A stretch of DNA of 64,000 nucleotides from NCBI GenBank assembly GCA_964016885.1, contig OZ024740.1, positions 72,664,001 to 72,728,000 of the forward strand, given 5' to 3'. The notes under the pieces were generated by a model, which was not told the origin of the DNA, ran no database searches, and was given only the letters and a program-made list of their open reading frames with translations. Each line of letters opens with the position of its first letter. Positions within the stretch are counted from its first letter, which is position 1. The stretch comes from Eledone cirrhosa (Eukaryota). Below, piece after piece: positions 55,424 to 64,000 of the stretch. A program made the translations under genes and the position numbers.

Positions 55424-55529
55424 CAGGATGTCCCCCCCCTCTCCAAATGAATACAGACTTTGATTACCTATACAGGCAATATTTATTAGAATGCACATCC
55501 TTTGTGTATACACTTTTTAGAGACACCTG
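55424..55529. mobile_element. Tc1/mariner-type MITE of about 105 bp
   Basis: TA-CAGGATGTCCCC...AGACACCTG-TA; the internal sequence matches 61380-61480 in inverted orientation. Confidence 0.7.
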
Positions 55530-55579
55530 TATATATATATATATGTATTTACGCACACGCACACACACACCACACACAT

Positions 55580-55704
<125 letters not shown>

Positions 55705-55720
55705 CACACATTCACACACA

Positions 55721-55784
<64 letters not shown>

Positions 55785-56113
55785 CATATAAGTATTGTTA
55801 TATTTATAACTGTGAAAGTTCAATATTTAATATCTTTTGAATTACTAATATATTTAATATATTAATTCTGACAAACAGTTTTTTATCATTCAGATCTTTA
55901 TGAATAACATTTTGATATCTCTATTATAGGATATTAAGATATTACGATATATATGTGATAAATAACGAGATAATTTTGGCGTTTCATTTCATATAAGATT
56001 ATATATTTGTCTGTTTAAATAACTTAATGCAATCCATCTCTATTTTTATTTCAATATTTATTTAAAAAAACATCATCTTTGGTATTTACAAGAGTTGTTA
56101 TTCGTGTAATTTA

Positions 56114-56935
56114 AGGGCGGTGGTTTGGTAGAATCGGTAGGGCGTTAAACCCAAATGCTTTGTGGCGTATTGCTAGGGCCATTTTTGTTCTGATTTCAAA
56201 ACCCTTTGAGGTTAGCTTTGCCTTTCATCCTTACGGGGTCGATAAAATAAAGTACCAGTAATGCACTGGGTCGATTTAATCGACATTGCCCATCCTTTTA
56301 AATTGAAGATTTTGTGCCCAAATCAGAAACAATTATTTATGTAATTTTAGGGCGGTACATTGACAATATTGATTGGGTGTCAGACAAAATACTTTGTAGC
56401 ATATGGCTATGACTTTTATGTTCTGAGTTCAAATCCCACCAAAGTCGTCTTTACTTTCATTCTTCTGGGGTTGGTTAAACAAAGAACCAGTAACACACTG
56501 GGGTCGATTTATTCGAGTTTCCCCTTCTCACAAATTGCGGGCTTTGTGTCTTAATTAGAAACCTTTGTTCATGTAATTTAGTTTATGTGTTTGTGTGGTT
56601 CGTGAACGCAACATGTCTGAATAATTAAGAAATTCTCTTTGCAATCATGAGGTTTGGGGTTCAATACCATTGCCTGGCATACTTAGCCGTGGATCAAACC
56701 ACACCTTGTGAGTAAAATGTTAATAGAAACTGTTTGAAAGCTCGTTGGATGGATGGCATCTGTGATTCTAAAGGCCAGCTTTGTCACACGTTGTGTCATG
56801 CCGAATCTCCTTGAGAACTATGTTACAGCTACACGTGTCTGTGGAATGCTCATCTATTTGCACGTTAATTTCACGAGTAGAATGTTTCATTGTTTCGAAC
56901 AGGTGAAACACTCATCGTCGGAGCCAACGGAAGTC
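56114..56935 (+). mobile_element. Three consecutive SINE copies (two of the GGGGTCGATAAA family, one of the GAATCTCCCTGAGAACTA family)
   Basis: Matches to the 48.6-48.9 kb and 10.65-11.3 kb copies. Confidence 0.75.
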
Positions 56936-56954
56936 TATTACATGTTTTTACAAT

Positions 56955-59900
56955 CAATATCGAATATTTAACTATAGGATATCAATATCGAATATTTAAC
57001 TATAGGATATCAATATAGAATATTTAACTATAGGATGTCAATATAGAATATTTAACCATAGGATGTCAATATAGAATATTTAACCATAGGATGTCAATAT
57101 AGAATATTTAACCAGAGGATGTCAATATAGAATATTTAACTATAGGATGTCAATATAGAATATTTAACCATAGGATGTCAATATAGAATATTTAACTATA
57201 GGATGTCAATATAGAATATTTAACCATAGGATGTCAATATAGAATATTTAACCAGAGGATGTCAATATACAATATTTAACCAGAGGATGTCAATATAGAA
57301 TATTTAACCATAAGATGTCAATATAGAATATTTAACTATAGGATGTCAATAGAGAATATTTAAGTATAGGATGTCAATATAGAATATTTAACCATAGGAT
57401 GTCAATATAGAATATTTAACCATAAGATGTCAATAGAGAATATTTAACTATAGGATGTCAATATAGAATATTTAACTATAGGATGTCAATAGAGAATATT
57501 TAACTATAGGATGTCAATATAGAATATTTAACCATAGGATGTCAATATAGAATATTTAACCATAGGATGTCAATATAGAATATTTAACTATAGGATGTCA
57601 ATATAGAATATTTAACCAGAGGATGTCAATATAGAATATTTAACCATAAGATGTCAATAGAGAATATTTAACCAGAGGATGTCAATATAGAATATTTAAC
57701 TATAGGATGTCAATATAGAATATTTAACCATAAGATGTCAATAGAGAATATTTAACCATAGGATGTCAATATAGAATATTTAACTATAGGATGTCTATAT
57801 AGAATATTTAACCATAGGATGTCAATATAGAATATTTAACCATAAGATGTCAATATAGAATATTTAACTATAGGATGTCAATAGAGAATATTTAACCATA
57901 GGATGTCAATATAGAATATTTAACCATAGGATGTCAATATAGAATATTTAACTATAGGATGTCAATATAGAATATTTAACCATAGGATGTCAATATAGAA
58001 TATTTAACCATAAGATGTCAATATAGAATATTTAACTATAGGATGTCAATAGAGAATATTTAACCATAGGATGTCAATATAGAATATTTAACCATAGGAT
58101 GTCAATATAGAATATTTAACTATAGGATGTCAATATAGAATATTTAACCATAGGATGTCAATATAGAATATTTAACCATAAGATGTCAATAGAGAATATT
58201 TAACCAGAGGATGTCAATATAGAATATTTAACTATAGGATGTCAATATAGAATATTTAACCATACGATGTCAATAGAGAATATTTAACCATAGGATGTCA
58301 ATATAGAATATTTAACCATAGGATGTCAATAAAGAATATTTAACTATAGGATGTCAATATAGAATATTTAACCATAGGATGTCAATATAGAATATTTAAC
58401 CATAAGATGTCAATAGAGAATATTTAACCAGAGGATATCAATATAGAATATTTAACTATAGGATGTCAATATAGAATATTTAACCATAAGATGTCAATAG
58501 AGAATATTTAACCATAGGATGTCAATATAGAATATTTAACTATAGGATGTCAATATAGAATATTTAACCATAGGATGTCAATATAGAATATTTAACCATA
58601 GGATGTCAATATAGAATATTTAACCATAAGATGTCAATATAGAATATTTAACTATAGGATGTCAATAGAGAATATTTAACCATAGGATGTCAATATAGAA
58701 TATTTAACCATAGGATGTCAATATAGAATATTTAACTATAGGATGTCAATATAGAATATTTAACCATAGGATGTCAATATAGAATATTTAACCATAGGAT
58801 GTCAATATAGAATATTTAACTATAGGATGTCAATATAGAATATTTAACCATAGGATGTCAATATAGAATATTTAACCATAAGATGTCAATAGAGAATATT
58901 TAACCAGAGGATGTCAATATAGAATATTTAACTATAGGATGTCAATATAGAATATTTAACCATACGATGTCAATAGAGAATATTTAACCATAGGATGTCA
59001 ATATAGAATATTTAACCATAGGATGTCAATATAGAATATTTAACTATAGGATGTCAATATAGAATATTTAACCATAGGATGTCAATATAGAATATTTAAC
59101 CATAAGATGTCAATAGAGAATATTTAACCAGAGGATGTCAATATAGAATATTTAACTATAGGATGTCAATATAGAATATTTAACCATAGGATGTCAATAT
59201 AGAATATTTAACTATAGGATGTCAATATAGAATATTTAACCAGAGGATGTCAATATAGAATATTTAACTATAGGATGTCAATATAGAATATTTAACTATA
59301 GGATGTCAATATAGAATATTTAACTATAGGATGTCAATATAGAATATTTAACTATAGGATGCCAATATAGAATATTTAACTATAGGATGTCAATATACAA
59401 TATTTAACCATAGGATGTCAATATAGAATATTTAACTATAGGATGTCAATATACAATATTTAACTATATGATGTCAATATACAATATTTAACCATAGGAT
59501 GTCAATATAGAATATTTAACCATAGGATGTCAATATAGAATATTTAACCAGAGGATGTCAATAGAGAATATTTAACCATAGGATGTCAATATAGAATATT
59601 TAACCATACGATGTCAATATAGAATATTTAACTATAGGATGTCAATATACAATATTTACCTATAGGATGTCAATATAGAATATTTAACTATAGGATGTCA
59701 ATATAGAATATTTAACCAGAGGATGTCAATAGAGAATATTTAACCATATGATGTCAATATAGAATATTTAGCCATAGGATGTCAATATAGAATATTTAAC
59801 TATAGGATGTCAATATAGAATATTTAACCATTGGATGTCAATATATAATATTTAACCATAGGATGTCAATAGAGAATATTTAACCATAGGATGTCAATAT

Positions 59901-60208
59901 AGAATATTTAACTATAGGATGTCAATATAGAATATTTAACCATAGGATGTCAATATAGAATATTTAACCATAGGATGTCAATATAGAATATTTAACTATA
60001 GGATGTCAATATAGAATATTTAACCATAGGATGTCAATATAGAATATTTAACCATAGGATGTCAATATCGAATATTTAACCATAGGATGTCAATATAGAA
60101 TATTTAACCATAGGATGTCAATATAGAATATTTAACCATAGGATGTCAATATAGAATATTTACCTATAGGATGTCAATATAGAATATTTAACTATAGGAT
60201 GTCAATAT
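56955..60208. repeat. 28-bp satellite (GGATGTCAATATAGAATATTTAACYATA), about 116 copies
   Basis: Period 28 (57061 to 57089). Confidence 0.98.
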
Positions 60209-60585
60209 TATATGTATCATTTTTGCAAGTGAGTCCATACACTACATTTCCTATTAAAATGTTGCTTCTTAGATGCATTCAATTTACGTATTTTTTTTAG
60301 AACGCGTCTTTACAAATCAACATTTTATTAAGCGTAGTTTCTTTTATAAATCAAACATAGTAACAAAGTATATACTCTTTTACTCTTTATATATATATAG
60401 TAACAATATATATAGTAGCAAAGTATATACTCTTTTACTCTTTTACCTGTTCCAGCCATGCTGGGGCACCGCCCTTGTTGCTACATGTTCTATCTCCACG
60501 TTATATCGCCTCTGTTGGCTGCCCATTGGTGTAAGAAGGAGTTCGTTGATGTTGCCCTTAGGTTACTTTCGTACCGTGTTGTGGG

Positions 60586-60863
60586 CTAACCCAGGATCCT
60601 GGATAGCAGAGTGTCAAGATGCTTCTTGAAAAAATCCACGTTCACAACATGCAGATCTCTCAAATTCCTAGGCAGTTTGTTGAAGAGTTGAGGGCCTTTG
60701 AACCCAAGGCTATTGCAATATCTGGTCCTTATTCTAAAAGACGGGACCTCTGACACCTCACAGTGACCTTCTGTTCGGGGTTTGGTCCAACTGTCAATAC
60801 CAAAGTTTGGTGCTATTCCCTCCATGATTTTCCATATGTATATAACTGCGTATCTCTCCCGTC
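60586..60863 (-). mobile_element. CR1-group LINE ORF2 C-terminal fragment
   Basis: RRERYAVIYIWKIMEGIAPN...SLGFKGPQLFNKLPRNLR...FFKKHLD.LL, the typical post-RT tail of CR1/L2-group elements. Confidence 0.75.
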
Positions 60864-60867
60864 ATCG

Positions 60868-60927
<60 letters not shown>

Positions 60928-60930
<3 letters not shown>

Positions 60931-61065
60931 CGAAGGAAATGTGGTAAGGAACCAGATGGACCATGACGCACCAAAGTACTCAATACTTAGGGTAGTAGAG
61001 TGGGAACGAGTAGGACCCCGACGGCTGAGCTCAAGCCGTTTCGACGGGTAATTCTGGACTAGTCG

Positions 61066-61067
<2 letters not shown>
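60928..61067 (-). mobile_element. Short TA-site element carrying the 3' half of a hammerhead; related copies at 61837-61905, 62436-62647, 62727-62805 and 63088-63140
   Basis: The minus strand reads GTC-GAA-ACGGCT(tgagctc)AGCCGT-C-GGGGTC, with five local copies between (TA)n tracts. Confidence 0.65.
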
Positions 61068-61134
<67 letters not shown>

Positions 61135-61140
<6 letters not shown>

Positions 61141-61320
61141 TTCTACAGGACTAGAACTGTTTCATTCTTTAGAAATCATCAGGAATCTGATTCCTGATGA
61201 TTTCTAAAGAATGAAACAGTTCTAGTCCTGTAGAATCTCATCTATATTAAAACTTTTATACTCTGCAATGTATTGAGTACCTTACTTACTGTGGTTACCT
61301 CCGATTCAGCCCGGAATAAC
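61135..61320. mobile_element. Element starting with a perfect 107-bp palindrome of two divergent hammerheads
   Basis: 61135-61187 is the reverse complement of 61189-61241. Core GATTC-CTGATGA...GAAACAG..CTGTA-GAATC; flanked by (TA)n. Confidence 0.85.
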
Positions 61321-61379
61321 GTATATATATATATATATATATACATTTTTGGGGGACATCCTGTATAAATATATATATG

Positions 61380-61480
61380 CAGGGTGTACCCCAAAAATAT
61401 ATACAGACTTTTACACCCTTCTAATAAATATTGCCTGTACAGGTAATCAAAGTGTGTATACATTTTTTGGGGACACCCTG
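61380..61480. mobile_element. Tc1/mariner-type MITE of about 100 bp, preceded by a solo TIR
   Basis: TIRs CAGGGTGTACCCCAAAAA / TTTTTTGGGGACACCCTG. Confidence 0.75.
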
Positions 61481-61640
61481 CATATATATAGTACTCTTTA
61501 TTCTGGCTAAGTGATGAGTCTGTTACTCTAGAGTTTCACCTGTGTACAAGTCTCGACACTAATCCACAATAAAGAATATTATTAAAGCCCACTTCGCTAT
61601 TGAGTACTAATTTACTCATTCTCGCAACCATCAACATCAT

Positions 61641-61699
<59 letters not shown>

Positions 61700-61903
61700 A
61701 AATTAAGATAGATCAAAGTGAATTTAATCTAAATTAAAATTATGGGTGTCGTGCCAGAAAGGCATGCACCATATCACCCGTAAAATAAGCTCCAATATTC
61801 TAATGAATAGGTCCGAGCATTTTATATATATATATATAGGAAAATGTTTAACCCCCACGGCAGAGTTCAAGCCGTTTCGACCGCTATTTCTGGACTCCAG
61901 AAA

Positions 61904-62044
<141 letters not shown>

Positions 62045-62359
62045 CAAATTTGGACGGGAACGAAACAGAGAGGTAGACAAATATCATATATATATATATA
62101 CATATGATATTAGGATTGGTGCTCTGAATGTATGTATAGTATATTTGGCAATATACCGTATGTTTAATTTAAAACATTTAGAAGACAATACGCTATAAGT
62201 TTTAAAGTAGTGACTATGTCACTTACTTCTTTTCGGCGAAAGAAGAGAGAGAAGCTGACAAGAGCACCAATCACGCTGGGTGGCGTTCATCAGAGCCACT
62301 CACTCCCCTGCTTCCGCTGAAAATTATAGAAGCTGGATTCTTATAGAATTCCAGTAATA

Positions 62360-62438
<79 letters not shown>

Positions 62439-62642
62439 CGAAGGAAATGTGGTAAGGAACCAGGTGGACCATAACGCACCAAAGTACTCAATACTTGAGG
62501 TAGTAGAGTGGGTAATAGGAACCAGTAAGACCCCGACAGTTGAGCTCAAGCCGTTTCGACGGCTAATTCTGGACAGAGTTAGATTGAGTCCAGAATTAGC
62601 CGTCGAAACGGCTTGAGCTCAGCTGTCGGGGTCTTACTGGTT

Positions 62643-62729
<87 letters not shown>

Positions 62730-62889
62730 CGAAGGAAGTGTGCTAAAGAACCAGATGGACCATAACGCATCAGAGTACTCAATACTTAGGGTAGTAGAGT
62801 GTGTAATATATATGTATATATGTGTGTGTGCGTTGTAGTAAAAGTTTGGTAGAAATATCCAAGGGTAAGAGTTGCTCAGACCATAGAAC

Positions 62890-63075
62890 GAGTTAAGTAT
62901 AATTAATCAAAACAGTGACATACACAGGTACTTAAGTTTCGTTGGGTTATGCACCCCAACTCATTCAGTCTGTTATAAAAACAAAGATATATCAGGCTGA
63001 ATGAGTTGGGGTGCATAACCCAAGGAAACTTAAGTACCTGTATATGTCACTGTTGTAATTAATTATACTTAACTC
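62890..63075. mobile_element. 186-bp palindromic element with twin divergent hammerheads (CUGAAUGA core variant)
   Basis: Arms of about 83 bp around a spacer of about 20 nt. CAGG-CTGAATGA-GTTGGG(gtgcataa)CCCAA(C/G)-GAAA-CTTAAG-TA-CCTG. Confidence 0.8.
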
Positions 63076-64000
63076 ATCCTATATATATAGGAAAAGAATC
63101 AGGACCCCGACGGCTGAGCTCCGGCCGTTTGGACAGCTAGATCTGATATATATATATATCTGGAATGGACTTCCGTTGGTTTCGTCCCGGAGTACTGATG
63201 GCTCTAGTTCTTTGACCAAACCCCTCTTTTAGTGATTTAACGCTCAGAAATCCATTTAAAGTTGTAAAAATGACACATGAATTCTACATGAACAGTAATA
63301 CAGCTACCGTCACTCATTTCTCCCCGTTTCCTCCTTTTCACCACAAACTCAATAGCGACTCTTTTGCTCCTTCTCACACCTCATATAACTTGACAGGCTC
63401 GACATATCTCCCCGAGCCGAGTTCTAGAGTGTATATCAACAAAAGATAATCTCTGTGTATGGACGTAACATGGTTGTTTAGTTAAAAAGTCCACTTCGTA
63501 ATGTTCCAGTTTGCGACGATCATTAGCATAAGTATAGTTGTAATAAAGAAACTAATACTGGGAATATCAAAACGAGGCTGCAATGCAGATTTAGTTGGTT
63601 ACGAGTTTACACTGATATTTATGGCGTTCATTAATTGTAGAGAGAGAACGTAGCTTTATTTCATCTTTGATGATGACAAAATTTGGTATGAAATTCTGAC
63701 AAGTCGACACCACGATATGGCTTCAATTCCTGAAGAAGTCATTACACTTTACTTTCCTAGCTCATTCCACTTGGAAATGGATAAATGTCACAACATCCCA
63801 GACCCCCCCCCCACACACACACACGCTGTAAAATACATGTGTTTTGAGCGTTTGTTCACCTATTTATTTAGGAAAAAATAAAATCATAATTTTATCTCGA
63901 ATTTAAAATAAAATTAAACACCCCAGGAAAGTTTTATTTTTTCCATCGTCAGTCATATTATCATAGCCTTAGTTTTGTTCGTTTTGGTTCAATTTTTCCA

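Noticed and set aside
62112-62300. 12-bp inverted repeat GATTGGTGCTCT/AGAGCACCAATC with nearby CTGATGA and GAAA
   Set aside because: I could not assemble a consistent hammerhead topology on either strand.
63660-63810. Open frame of about 50 codons (IFDDDKIWYEIL...)
   Set aside because: No splice signals or homology recognised; the length is within chance expectation.

Overview
This is eukaryotic, AT-rich, repeat-saturated DNA with no intact host CDS. The SINE families and microsatellite density suggest a cephalopod (Octopus-like) intronic or intergenic region; this is an inference. About half of the window is tandem repeat: a (CAA)n+31-nt minisatellite, and 46-, 8-, 5-, 37- and 28-bp satellites. 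The only long genuine coding sequence is a 5'-truncated Penelope-like element (RT plus GIY-YIG, Nematis-like) at 12578-16172, built as a 1.4-kb divergent inverted duplication. Fragments of CRE, RTE and CR1-like LINEs, tRNA-derived SINEs and Tc1/mariner-type MITEs are also present. The most striking signal is a set of at least six sequence-unrelated short non-coding elements in or beside (TA)n tracts. Each carries a type-I hammerhead ribozyme motif, and most are outward-facing palindromic twins that copy the architecture of the RT/GIY-YIG-coding Penelope element. All ribozyme and family calls are by eye and untested. Nearly all long ORFs in the track are repeat artefacts.
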